IMG/VR virus record: IMGVR_UViG_3300042691_032685
Coordinates: 5,530-69,529 of that record
Reading direction: 5' to 3' (one strand)
Length of the DNA stretch: 64,000 bases
DNA from: a virus
Part shown: positions 48,977 through 57,864 of the stretch, in pieces
Position numbering within the stretch: position 1 is the stretch's first letter
Layout of the letters: the number at the start of each line of letters is the position of its first letter
Notes under the pieces: generated by a model
Databases searched by the model: none
What the model was told of the DNA's origin: nothing
The model's input: the letters and a program-made list of their open reading frames with translations, nothing else
Translations under genes and position numbers: made by a program

Positions 48977-49495
48977 CTATAAGCCCCGCGCTTGCTGAAG
49001 TAAAGCCTGGTCTTCTGGTGAAAGGTAACTCGTCCAATTACCTTGTTGATTTAAAAACTGCTCAAATTGCTTGGCATCTGGAAGACCAACTGTTTGGAAT
49101 TGAGTGCCAGGGGCAACCTGTTGCTCTTGTAAGGGTAAATGATTAACAGCAGAACGTTGTTCAACTTGTTGCGCTACTTGTGCAGCTTGCGGAGCTAATG
49201 CTGAATTGTCATAAATTAAATTACTGGCCGCAATAGTTGAGCCAAGAGAAGCACCGATGTTGGCGACATTTTCTGCGGTGCTGCGTACCAGGGGATTCTT
49301 GACGTTACGCGTCAAGCCTCGTGCCAACATTGTTGCGGGGTAGGCTGCAGCGAAGTCCATTAAGCCATACGTGGCTGCTGCAGCTGGGCCTTCCAGTAAA
49401 CCAAAGCCAGCTGCCAACGCACTACCTGGGGCAACAGCCTTTGCTACATCCCCTGTATTACGACGCGCAAAATTTAAAAGGCGTTGGAAGTTCAC
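48977..49495 (-). CDS. Hydrophobic Ala-rich virion-region protein
   Basis: ORF, TATAAT upstream. Confidence 0.55.
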   Translation of the reverse strand: MNFQRLLNFARRNTGDVAKAVAPGSALAAGFGLLEGPAAAATYGLMDFAAAYPATMLARGLTRNVKNPLVRSTAENVANIGASLGSTIAASNLIYDNSALAPQAAQVAQQVEQRSAVNHLPLQEQQVAPGTQFQTVGLPDAKQFEQFLNQQGNWTSYLSPEDQALLQQARGL

Positions 49496-49523
49496 TTATT
49501 TATCTTTTTTTTCATTATAAACG

Positions 49524-50063
49524 TTACGCTTTTTTCTCTTCTTGATTACCTTGAAGAAGTTGAGAAACGGACTTATTATCTTCCACTTCGTTTTCTGCTT
49601 TCTTCTCAGCAATTGCCATGAGGTAACCACGGGGGTCTGGATTAGACGCTCGCGGCATTGGATTAGAAATACGGTTGTCTGGTTTTAAAGTTGGGCTAAG
49701 GTCATATGCTTCTTTCCAGAAGGGTGTATAGCCTGGTTGATTCTCTGGACGTAAAGAAGTATTTGGGCGGCCAGTAGTGAAGTCGTAGTCATCCTTGCGG
49801 CGGAACCGTCCAAGGCCTGCAAACACCTCGTACTCTTCTGGTTGGTCACCAACAAAGTTAAGTCCTGGGTTAAGTTGCAACTTGCGCGTCTGTAATCGAC
49901 GCACTAAGTCATTGCCCTCAAAGCGGCTTGGCATCCAGGGGGATGCACCTGTTGATGCCTTAGCAGAAAAGAGCTCATCAAAGTTGAGTTTCTTTTTCTT
50001 GGCAAAAATATCTTTGGTGTAATCAATATAACGACCAAGATCAAGACGAAAATCTTTTGCCAT
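49524..50063 (-). CDS. Hypothetical protein
   Basis: ORF in operon. Confidence 0.6.
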   Translation of the reverse strand: MAKDFRLDLGRYIDYTKDIFAKKKKLNFDELFSAKASTGASPWMPSRFEGNDLVRRLQTRKLQLNPGLNFVGDQPEEYEVFAGLGRFRRKDDYDFTTGRPNTSLRPENQPGYTPFWKEAYDLSPTLKPDNRISNPMPRASNPDPRGYLMAIAEKKAENEVEDNKSVSQLLQGNQEEKKA

Positions 50064-50287
50064 TAGCCCTCGGTTTCTTTGCTATCTTTCTTCTTTTTTA
50101 AACTTACCAGAGTTTTACGTAACCGTGCTTGCTTCACAGTTTTTTCATCATATTTATCTGGGTTGGAAAGCACGTTTTCCTGCAGTTGAGCAGAAGTGAT
50201 TCCTTTCTTCCTGGCCTTGGCAGTGAAGGCACCCTCCTTCATCTCCATGCCTTGAATCCACTTTTTGTCTTTCTTTTTTTCAGTCAT
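50063..50287 (-). CDS. Small basic protein
   Basis: KWIQ...GAFTAKA...KQARLRKTL. Confidence 0.6.
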   Translation of the reverse strand: MTEKKKDKKWIQGMEMKEGAFTAKARKKGITSAQLQENVLSNPDKYDEKTVKQARLRKTLVSLKKKKDSKETEG

Positions 50288-50289
50288 GA

Positions 50290-52314
50290 TCAAGAAGTAA
50301 AGCGCCCTTGACGATTAATGCGTTGACGTAAAGGCTGCGAAGAGCCTAACGCAGAAATTTGCCTTTCTTCCATCATTTTATCAAGAAAAGCTTGCGCAGC
50401 TTCTGGACCTTGTTCTTTTTGTAAACGCAATAGTTCAGAAGAAACATTCAGGGATTCTGTTGCTGCTGCTTTGGGTGTTGGTGGCTGGCTTCCATATTTT
50501 TTATAACCGCCGCTAGCTCGCGTTGGTTTTACCATGGCCTCTTCCGTGTATACAAAGCCCTCTGGTGTTTCAGTTTCAGGAGCGTCTAAACCAGGAATAA
50601 ATTTTCTTGGTGTTGTAATACCACGAGTTTCTCCTTCATTTTTAATTTCTTTTGCTGCTTCTACAGCTCCTGCGCCAAACACAGGTGTTCCTGCGCGACC
50701 GCCCGCTTGCTCACCATAAATGCCATAACCAGGGCGACCAATCACACCCCGATAACTTGTTTTAGAGGCTGGAGAAATCATGACGCCTCTACGCACTTGA
50801 CGCGGTTCACCACGCAGTTCACCAGGATCAACTTGTTGCTCTAAGAAACCACCTTGCTCTAAAGACTCAAGTCGACCTGATTTGGAGGACATCTCCTCTG
50901 TGAAACGTTCAGCAGCTGTAATGTCACCATAAGCTTTTAAGCCAGGCTGACTCATTACATCTTCTGGAGAATAAGTTGGCAATAATACTTCAAGAGCTTC
51001 CTGCTGGCTTGGTGTAATTTGAACATTACGGCGTGCACGAGCTTCGTTTAAACCACGCTCCATTGCATTAGCAATCTGCAAGTTTTTGCTAGTTTCGAAT
51101 TCAGTTAACTTTGCAAGTGCAGTTTCGGGAGTTAATGGAACTGCAGGAGAAGCAGGAGTAAAACGAAAACCTTCTGTTAAGCGTCCGGCTGGCAAAGCAG
51201 TGTACCTCGCAGGCAACCCAGCGATGCGACCTTCAACAGGAGTAATTTCTAAGCCTCCACGGCGAACAACGTTTGAAACTCCACCATGGGCTGGAGTAAA
51301 TGTGACAAGATCTTCTGCGCTTGTACCAAGAGCTCCTGGGAAACGGCCAATATTTTGTGGGTCTTCAGCAGATGCTGGATATTTAGCAATTAAAGAAACG
51401 GGCGTAGGCGTTTGATATCTTGAAACTGTTTTTGCACGCTGCTGCAAAAGTGGTCCAGGTGATAGAAATTGTTTTTCAGTAGCAAAGTAAGTTAAATCTG
51501 TTTGATCAACGGGAACACCGTCTGGTGTCATTGATGCAGCAACGTTTGCGCTTCCCGTTTGCCGAGCAACACTATTGACTTCTGCAAGATCCAAGTCTTC
51601 ATTGCGTTGCGTACCACGCATGGTTCGGCCAGTGATTTGATCTTCTCCGGATTCCAGGGCACCAATGGTTTGTGCTACAACGATGGCAGCGTCTTCCTGG
51701 CGTTGTTGCGCAAAATGCAAAAGATCTTGCGTTGCTTGCTCACGACGTGCAGCCGCAACTTCTTTTGAGACCGGACCAAAGCGTTGATAGTTGATATCCT
51801 TGGGATCTGGACGATATTGAGGTAACGTTCCTAAATTGGCAAGGATTTTACTGGTACGAGACGGAGCATTTAATGCTTCCATCTCAAATACCGTAGGCTC
51901 TGGGAATTTTTCTGCTAATTGACGCCCGTACTGCGCCATTGCTTCTGCTTCTGTTGGAATTAAGCTGCGAGGAGCAATTTGAGACGGTGCAGGCTCCGCA
52001 ATTTTTGCAACATTAACGTCACGTACGTCCGCTTTGCTTAAATCAGTGAGGGTAATGCCGCCTTTTCGTCCACCAACTGGAGCTTTGCCACCAAAACCCC
52101 TGCGTGCTGCAAGGCCAAGACCAATTGCTCCTAGGCCCAGGGCTGCAAGACCTGCGATGGTTGGTAAGGAAGAGCTTGATTCCTGTTGACGGAGTTGATT
52201 TTGGCGGAACTCACGCACTTGCGGCGTTAATGCTGCCCTTTCTTCTGGATCTTCTGGGTATGGGATACCAGCAGCTTGGCTATAGGCGGCAAAATCGGCA
52301 GGAGATAACGCCAT
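50290..52314 (-). CDS. Large putative internal virion protein
   Basis: MALSPADFAAYS start, one TM, long low-complexity body. Confidence 0.65.
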   Translation of the reverse strand: MALSPADFAAYSQAAGIPYPEDPEERAALTPQVREFRQNQLRQQESSSSLPTIAGLAALGLGAIGLGLAARRGFGGKAPVGGRKGGITLTDLSKADVRDVNVAKIAEPAPSQIAPRSLIPTEAEAMAQYGRQLAEKFPEPTVFEMEALNAPSRTSKILANLGTLPQYRPDPKDINYQRFGPVSKEVAAARREQATQDLLHFAQQRQEDAAIVVAQTIGALESGEDQITGRTMRGTQRNEDLDLAEVNSVARQTGSANVAASMTPDGVPVDQTDLTYFATEKQFLSPGPLLQQRAKTVSRYQTPTPVSLIAKYPASAEDPQNIGRFPGALGTSAEDLVTFTPAHGGVSNVVRRGGLEITPVEGRIAGLPARYTALPAGRLTEGFRFTPASPAVPLTPETALAKLTEFETSKNLQIANAMERGLNEARARRNVQITPSQQEALEVLLPTYSPEDVMSQPGLKAYGDITAAERFTEEMSSKSGRLESLEQGGFLEQQVDPGELRGEPRQVRRGVMISPASKTSYRGVIGRPGYGIYGEQAGGRAGTPVFGAGAVEAAKEIKNEGETRGITTPRKFIPGLDAPETETPEGFVYTEEAMVKPTRASGGYKKYGSQPPTPKAAATESLNVSSELLRLQKEQGPEAAQAFLDKMMEERQISALGSSQPLRQRINRQGRFTS

Positions 52315-52435
52315 TGGATATTTATGAGCTATAAATTTCTTGTTATTTGTATTTTAAGGGGAAGAATTTAGAAAAATACGGTATACGGTAGACTATTACC
52401 AAGAAATAACAACGCTGTTAAAGGAAAAAGCGGCA

Positions 52436-52645
52436 ATGAACCCTAAGAACCGCATGGAAAAAGCAATTGCATTAACTGCGATTGCTGATGCAGCCGACAA
52501 ATTAAGTTCGGAAGGTGTTGATGATATGGAAGTTAAGAACTTTATTCTTGGTGCACGTAATAAACTTGCGGAAGAACGTCCAGATCCAGAGAATTACGCC
52601 AAGGCAACCGTTGCGGCGTCCCGTTGGGGCAAGCAAAACCTGTAA
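52436..52645 (+). CDS. Hypothetical protein
   Basis: ORF followed by terminator. Confidence 0.6.
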   Translation: MNPKNRMEKAIALTAIADAADKLSSEGVDDMEVKNFILGARNKLAEERPDPENYAKATVAASRWGKQNL

Positions 52646-52675
52646 ATCAAATAACAAAAGTAAGTTTTAAGTACA

Positions 52676-52701
52676 GCCGGGGATAAAACCCCGGCATTTT
52701 T
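52676..52701 (+). terminator. Rho-independent terminator
   Basis: GCCGGGG-ATAAAA-CCCCGGC-ATTTTT. Confidence 0.8.
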
Positions 52702-53115
52702 GTCTGTTTTCTTGGGCAAAACCCTCGACATACCTACACTTTTTACAAAAGACCGGCCCTATATAGGCCAAAAAAGGGAATAGAATTTGCTGACGCTTCT
52801 CCACCACCCCCCGCGAAGGGGAATGTGTATAGAAAAAAAAGAAAGGAGGGGGTACCCCTATTAAATGAGCTGGAATTTGGAGGAGTATAACACGAACTTA
52901 ACTGAATTTGAGACGAAGATCTTATCAATGTCTCTCTAATTGTTATGATTTCGTGACAAACTCCTCCTATAGTCCGGCATATAAGGGGCAAATCTCCCCG
53001 TCACAATAGGCTTCATGTAAGACAGTAGCTTTGATTAGCTGACGACAGTAGCTCAGTTGTATCACAACAACAGCTCTGACGGAACGAAGCAAGTGCCTTT
53101 GTTTCTACATCAATC

Positions 53116-53142
53116 AACGTCAAGCTGGACGTTAAACGTAGC
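53116..53142 (+). ncRNA. H-type pseudoknot motif, copy 1 (divergent)
   Basis: AACGTC/GACGTT stem, loop GCTG pairs with TAGC after the AAACG linker. Confidence 0.5.
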
Positions 53143-53166
53143 AACGTTACATTCCACTTCAACACC

Positions 53167-53346
53167 ATGAACATTTACTGCACCATCAGCACCACAACAG
53201 CTGTCTACTTCTTCGTGGTTAACCACAACATCAACCTTGCACGTATCACTAAGCAGATCCGTAAGGGTCAGAAGGGATACGACTGCAGCACCACGATGTC
53301 AGTGGATCAAGCACGTAAGTTTGCTAAGCAGCTTCAAGCCAGGTGA
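53167..53346 (+). CDS. Early hypothetical protein, 59 aa
   Basis: Manual ORF MNIYCTIS...QLQAR. Confidence 0.6.
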   Translation: MNIYCTISTTTAVYFFVVNHNINLARITKQIRKGQKGYDCSTTMSVDQARKFAKQLQAR

Positions 53347-53405
53347 GTGATAGCTCCCATGCCAGGTGCAATGCCTGGCTCTGGTTATTGCCACAATCAG
53401 TGGCA
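53337..53405 (+). ncRNA. tRNA-elbow-like three-way junction + hairpin, copy 1
   Basis: AGCCAG/CTGGTT; GAG-TGATAG-CTC; GCCAGG-TGCAATG-CCTGGC; TGCCAC/GTGGCA. Confidence 0.6.
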
Positions 53406-53421
53406 TCTACTTCACACCATC

Positions 53422-53628
53422 ATGACACTACTTGAAATTGCTAACAAGGTTATGGCAAACGATGAGCTTGGTTCCGTGCCTGTGTACGGTGCCGATGCTC
53501 AATGGTTTGTTACCCAGTTCCAGGAGGTGATCAGGCTTTATCCCGAAGCGGAAGCTTGGGATGAACACAAGATTTACACAGCTATGTGTTTTCTTTACCT
53601 CATGGATCCTGAAGATTTCGTTAGCTGA
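53422..53628 (+). CDS. Early hypothetical protein
   Basis: ATG after AC-rich leader. Confidence 0.6.
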   Translation: MTLLEIANKVMANDELGSVPVYGADAQWFVTQFQEVIRLYPEAEAWDEHKIYTAMCFLYLMDPEDFVS

Positions 53629-53692
53629 TCCGTTAAAGCGGGAGGCAGGGTGCAATCCCCTGCCCAGTTATTGCCAGGTCATCAGGCCTGGC
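53622..53692 (+). ncRNA. tRNA-elbow-like three-way junction + hairpin, copy 2
   Basis: TAGCTG/CAGTTA; TCCG-TTAAAG-CGGG; GGCAGGG-TGCAATC-CCCTGCC; GCCAGG/CCTGGC. Confidence 0.6.
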
Positions 53693-53715
53693 TTATCAAT
53701 CACACCATACCAATC

Positions 53716-53895
53716 ATGAACGAGTCAGCATTTGCCGCACTGATTGTTTGGGCTTTCTCTCTTGGCACTGTCCCTCTTGTTGCCATGCATTTCATTGACA
53801 AGGCAACAGCAGATCAGTGCAAGAATCATGAGTGGCCCAAGCATCGTGACCAGATCCACCGTGACTGGTGCATCGGCAACGGCTACAAGATCTGA
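53716..53895 (+). CDS. Early small membrane protein
   Basis: TM then QC..HEWP...DWC. Confidence 0.6.
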   Translation: MNESAFAALIVWAFSLGTVPLVAMHFIDKATADQCKNHEWPKHRDQIHRDWCIGNGYKI

Positions 53896-53919
53896 GTTCA
53901 TTCATTACTATTCATTGCC

Positions 53920-54153
53920 ATGATGATCTATCAACCCAAGTACGAGCATCTGCACAGAGTCGTATGGTACGGAGGTGAGTCCACTCAACTGCACTTCGAG
54001 AAGAAGGTTGCAGGTGAATGGAAGGACATCGACGTACGCACACTCGGCTCTGGGCTACCAGATGGAGTCAAGCAGCTCTATGAAGAGATGCGTGACTATC
54101 TCGACTACTGCATCACACAAGACTACGACTCACTTATCGGTACTATCTTCTGA
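53920..54153 (+). CDS. Early hypothetical protein
   Basis: ORF. Confidence 0.6.
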   Translation: MMIYQPKYEHLHRVVWYGGESTQLHFEKKVAGEWKDIDVRTLGSGLPDGVKQLYEEMRDYLDYCITQDYDSLIGTIF

Positions 54154-54156
54154 ATC

Positions 54157-54363
54157 ATGACTAACAATCACATGTTTGATTCTGTTATTGCCATCACACT
54201 TGGCACAGGACTTGGCATGATTCTTTCTGTCATCGGACAGAAGGCACTTAACAAGCATTACATCAACACATGCCACGACAAACCAGGTCATAACCTGGTA
54301 CTAACACGTGGCTTTCTTGGCGATACCTACTTCTGTATCAACAGTCAGTACATCGTCAAGTAA
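54157..54363 (+). CDS. Early small membrane protein
   Basis: N-terminal TM, Cys pair. Confidence 0.6.
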   Translation: MTNNHMFDSVIAITLGTGLGMILSVIGQKALNKHYINTCHDKPGHNLVLTRGFLGDTYFCINSQYIVK

Positions 54364-54364
54364 G

Positions 54365-54440
54365 ACTCCTGCACTTAACCCTTCCATCTAGTACGTATGT
54401 ACTACGACGGTGGGTTTTCTGCAGGACTCAACATCCTGTA
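54365..54440 (+). ncRNA. Structured intergenic element, family C copy 1
   Basis: Long interrupted hairpin then TGCAGGA-CTCAACA-TCCTGTA. Confidence 0.5.
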
Positions 54441-54463
54441 CATCAATTCAACTCAGCTCAACC

Positions 54464-54847
54464 ATGTTCTCTAACACCATCATTGGCAACGTTACTTACA
54501 TGGAAATTGCGACCCATGAGGGTCGTGAATTCCTTGCAATTACAGTTGCAGTCAATGATACCTACGACAGATCCTGTCGGATTAAATTTAACAATTCCAA
54601 TGGATTGTTAACTGCCTATCGCAACGGTACGTTTGTGATAGGACAACAACTTATCCTCAGTCAATATGACGTACGAATCTCTAGCATCCGTACGCATTAC
54701 ACCAAGGACAATCAACTCCTTCCACTCAAGTATCCTGAGATTGCACTGACGAATGTCCGAGCAACCATCGGTTCTTCACCTAAGCCCAAAGCTTTGGTGG
54801 AATCCAGGGCACAAGTGGAACCTACCCTGGAAGAAATTCCTTTCTGA
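54464..54847 (+). CDS. ssb: Single-stranded DNA-binding protein
   Basis: OB-fold pattern TIIGNV...ITVAVN and acidic EEIPF tail. Confidence 0.7.
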   Translation: MFSNTIIGNVTYMEIATHEGREFLAITVAVNDTYDRSCRIKFNNSNGLLTAYRNGTFVIGQQLILSQYDVRISSIRTHYTKDNQLLPLKYPEIALTNVRATIGSSPKPKALVESRAQVEPTLEEIPF

Positions 54848-54850
54848 CAG

Positions 54851-54901
54851 AGCTCTGCTCTAAGGGCCTTCGGGCCTTTACTGCAGGACTCACCTCCTGC
54901 A
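54851..54901 (+). ncRNA. Structured intergenic element, family C copy 2
   Basis: TAAGGGCC-TTCG-GGCCTTTA then TGCAGGA-CTCACC-TCCTGCA. Confidence 0.5.
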
Positions 54902-54919
54902 TCCATCACATACAACACT

Positions 54920-55123
54920 ATGCAACACACAACCAGGCTCGGACGAAACCGTTACATCAGACTTGATTCGTACGGTCAGTCTCTCCAAGCACGACGTACG
55001 AATTTCATCTGCGCTCTCTTCGTCATTGCCATCTCGGTTATGACGGCATGCGCAATGGTTGGCGTCGACCTCACAAACATCAACACTCAAAGCAATGGGA
55101 CTACACATCGCACTGGTCGCTGA
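54920..55123 (+). CDS. Early small membrane protein
   Basis: One TM. Confidence 0.55.
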   Translation: MQHTTRLGRNRYIRLDSYGQSLQARRTNFICALFVIAISVMTACAMVGVDLTNINTQSNGTTHRTGR

Positions 55124-55322
55124 TCTCACTGGGCGTTATGCCCACGTCTGGGGCAACGCACGTACCTTCAAGCAATTCTCTGATCAGCTCGAAGACATCG
55201 GCTGCGAGGTGATCGAGGATCAAAGCATTGAATGGGACGGCTGCACCAGAGATGAGATCGCAGAGGACTGCCTGTCAGTCCATCAACTCCTCAACGACTC
55301 TGACTTCGTACCCCACGACTAG
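55095..55322 (+). CDS. Early acidic protein
   Basis: ORF MGLHIAL. Confidence 0.55.
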   Translation: MGLHIALVADLTGRYAHVWGNARTFKQFSDQLEDIGCEVIEDQSIEWDGCTRDEIAEDCLSVHQLLNDSDFVPHD

Positions 55323-55419
55323 TGTCCCGTAAGACCACGACACTACGGCTGGTACTTGCATCCCTGTACGTACCAGCTATTCTCTATCTGCATCCATCGC
55401 ACTCACTCCAATCAAAGCC

Positions 55420-55917
55420 ATGGAACCCCTCAGCCAACTCGACGTTCAAAGTCCTGACCATGTCTCTGTCATCACTCGGGATGGCAAGATTACTGTCTCA
55501 GTAACCAAGGACGGAGCATCAGTCACACTGGGCTTCCCCATCAAGAACGTCTTCAACACCACTCCCCCCGTCCCCCTTCAACAGCCGGCACCACAGATGA
55601 TGGCTGTTAAGGAGGCTGATTCCAGAGCTAAGTATGAACGAGAAGCAGGCCTTGCCTATCTCGAGAAACTTGCTACCAAGGATCAGAGGGTTACAACTAA
55701 TCAATCACCGAAGAAGCTTGTACCGCATGTCGGTAACTACAAGCTCAACAATGAGTCTGTACGTGAGATTAAACTCATGCTGTCTGATAAAGACATCATG
55801 AATAAGTTCAAGTCACGTCAGCAAGCTTACGAAGAGATTGCACGTGTGTACAACGTAAGTCACCACACAATCTCCAATATTCACAAGGGTACATCCTGGA
55901 CCCACGTGAAGATCTAA
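55420..55917 (+). CDS. Protein with C-terminal HTH
   Basis: KLNNESVREIK...EIARVYNVSHHTISNIHKGTSW. Confidence 0.65.
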   Translation: MEPLSQLDVQSPDHVSVITRDGKITVSVTKDGASVTLGFPIKNVFNTTPPVPLQQPAPQMMAVKEADSRAKYEREAGLAYLEKLATKDQRVTTNQSPKKLVPHVGNYKLNNESVREIKLMLSDKDIMNKFKSRQQAYEEIARVYNVSHHTISNIHKGTSWTHVKI

Positions 55918-55947
55918 CTAACGCAGTAGTACATACTTACCATTCAT

Positions 55948-55975
55948 GGACCTGAGTATGTCCTTAAACTGCTCA
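55948..55975 (+). ncRNA. H-type pseudoknot motif, copy 2
   Basis: GGAC-C-TGAGTA-T-GTCC-TTAAAC-TGCTCA. Confidence 0.7.
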
Positions 55976-55997
55976 ATCCTTTTATCTAATTCAAACC

Positions 55998-56147
55998 ATG
56001 ACTCAACTCGACAACAACTACGAGGCTGACTTGCTTGACGCCATGGCTGATCGTGCAGACGAACTAGAAGAAGCCATGCGTGAAGCAGATCAATCCGAAT
56101 TTCAACTCATCGAACCAATGGAGGACTTTCACGATGACCAAAGCTAA
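55998..56147 (+). CDS. 49-aa highly acidic early protein
   Basis: Manual ORF MTQLDNNYEADLLDAMADRADELEE... Confidence 0.6.
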   Translation: MTQLDNNYEADLLDAMADRADELEEAMREADQSEFQLIEPMEDFHDDQS

Positions 56148-56234
56148 GCACATACAACAAGATGACATCGACATCATTCTGCATGTCCTTGTCATCATCT
56201 CAATTCTCATTGAAATCCTCATAGACGCACTCAA

Positions 56235-56603
56235 ATGTCTTACGTCTCTGAACTCCGCAAGTTCTACCCACGCACTTGGAAAGCAAGACTTGCCATCCAA
56301 AGGTATCAAGTCCACCAAGAGTGGGAGTACCAAGACCCAACAACAATCACCATCCATGAAACGACGCTCAACTACGGCGGTCCAGAGGAAGGTGGCTGGT
56401 GGTACCAAGCAGGACTCCCAGTCCTCACCCACTGCGTCTTCTCCAAGAAGCAAGCAGTCCAAACCTTCATCCAGTACTACGACGAATATGAGATCGCCGA
56501 GCAACCAAGCCTCGGCATCTCAACGACGTACTCAAACTACGAAGTCAACTTCTCCAATGACTTCGCTAAGGTCTACCCTCAATCCAAACCACACTACTGC
56601 TGA
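56235..56603 (+). CDS. Early hypothetical protein
   Basis: YGGPEEGGWWY...P..KPHYC. Confidence 0.65.
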   Translation: MSYVSELRKFYPRTWKARLAIQRYQVHQEWEYQDPTTITIHETTLNYGGPEEGGWWYQAGLPVLTHCVFSKKQAVQTFIQYYDEYEIAEQPSLGISTTYSNYEVNFSNDFAKVYPQSKPHYC

Positions 56604-56872
56604 TGACACTCACAGCCACACCACCCGTTGGACTGAGCATCAACCAACGGAACCTTTACATGTACTTCCTGAACCACAGGAAGAAGTACAAGAACACACC
56701 GTGTTACGTACCAAGGTGTCCCGGTCAAAACTCAAGGGTTGAACAATATCTCAACGCACTGATCAAGCTGGAACAATACGGCTTGATACGTGTAGACAGA
56801 AGCAGTGCCAACTACACAAGTTGGATCATGCTTCCACCAAGACTGGCCCATGACTGTACAATACTTCCGTAG
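56603..56872 (+). CDS. Winged-helix-like early protein
   Basis: LSINQRNLY...LIKLEQYGLIRV. Confidence 0.55.
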   Translation: MTLTATPPVGLSINQRNLYMYFLNHRKKYKNTPCYVPRCPGQNSRVEQYLNALIKLEQYGLIRVDRSSANYTSWIMLPPRLAHDCTILP

Positions 56873-56920
56873 TATATTCGCTATTTGCGAATGGCGAATA
56901 CATGCCAATACATCAGTCAT

Positions 56921-56968
56921 AGCCTGGGCTTTACCGACGTAAGTACGGTATGTAAGTCCCAGGTTTTA
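56921..56968 (+). ncRNA. Structured intergenic element, family B copy 1
   Basis: CTGGGC-[hairpin]-TAAGTCCCAGGTTTTA. Confidence 0.55.
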
Positions 56969-56992
56969 CTGTCACTTCACACCAAACAACTC

Positions 56993-57229
56993 ATGGAACA
57001 AGCCAAGTCCTACCCAACCATTGACTGGAAGAAGAATGAGTACCACCAGCTGAAAGAGGTGGTAAACCTTCTGAAAGCAATCCAAGAACGTGAGAGCAAG
57101 CGTCATGAAATGGATGCACATCTCAACTATCAAACCGCTGATGTCATCACAGAAGTGATTGGCATGCTTGAAGATGAGATCGACTACGATCCAACACCTC
57201 GATACGATCCAAGCCTGGCAGGCATCTAA
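56993..57229 (+). CDS. Early hypothetical protein
   Basis: ATG after AC-rich leader. Confidence 0.6.
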   Translation: MEQAKSYPTIDWKKNEYHQLKEVVNLLKAIQERESKRHEMDAHLNYQTADVITEVIGMLEDEIDYDPTPRYDPSLAGI

Positions 57230-57234
57230 GCAAT

Positions 57235-57273
57235 CCCCCACACCCCCGCAGGGAGTACCAGGGGGATCCTTTT
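57235..57273 (+). terminator. Probable terminator
   Basis: TCCCCC...GGGGGA stem then CCTTTTAT. Confidence 0.45.
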
Positions 57274-57369
57274 ATATACATAAGAACTATCTATGTATAA
57301 CCTTTACTTATCCACCAATCAATCCTTGACATCCCTGATAGACTTCATCAGTTACTCAACTCAACACCA

Positions 57370-57579
57370 ATGACCAAGCCCAACACTCCTCGCATACCAG
57401 ACTCTCTGGATATGCAAAGACTTCAAGCCATGCAATTAGTTGCACGCATGAAGGAAACATCAGATCGTCTCGGAATGGGATTCATCGGGGGCTTTATATC
57501 CCCCGATGGACAGAAGTTTGTTATGACAAACATGGACGACGACGATTCCCAAGCACTCCTACCAGACGATCTCAAATGA
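57370..57579 (+). CDS. Hypothetical protein
   Basis: ORF. Confidence 0.6.
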   Translation: MTKPNTPRIPDSLDMQRLQAMQLVARMKETSDRLGMGFIGGFISPDGQKFVMTNMDDDDSQALLPDDLK

Positions 57580-57664
57580 TTACTTGGCAAGTAACAATCA
57601 TTATCATTGTTAGTATTTTGTGCTTCACAATTACTCTCAATGAAATCATTCACAAGTTACTCAA

Positions 57665-57862
57665 ATGACTAAGAAATCACTCATTAGTTTTGATCGCACC
57701 ATTCATGGTGTGAACATCACCGAACACGGTGTCAAATCACTGACCAAAGCAATCAAGCTTGGTCCATTCCAGCTAACTCTCAACGCCAATCCCAATGGCG
57801 TCAAAGGATCAGTCAGTATCCCTGGCACTGGACTAAGCATTCCAAACATTAAATTAATCTAA
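57665..57862 (+). CDS. DUF4236-like small protein
   Basis: LGPFQLTLN...SVSIPGTGLS. Confidence 0.5.
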   Translation: MTKKSLISFDRTIHGVNITEHGVKSLTKAIKLGPFQLTLNANPNGVKGSVSIPGTGLSIPNIKLI

Positions 57863-57864
57863 AG

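Noticed and set aside
53036-53100. CTGACGA as a hammerhead ribozyme core
   Set aside because: No stem II followed by GAAA and no compatible cleavage triplet found
56080-56742. 220-aa Ser/Thr-rich ORF
   Set aside because: Mostly an alternative frame of the better-supported 56235-56603 gene, though its short hydrophobic N-terminal part could be real
57325-57355. TTGACA as a sigma70 -35 box
   Set aside because: No acceptable -10 hexamer at 16-18 nt spacing
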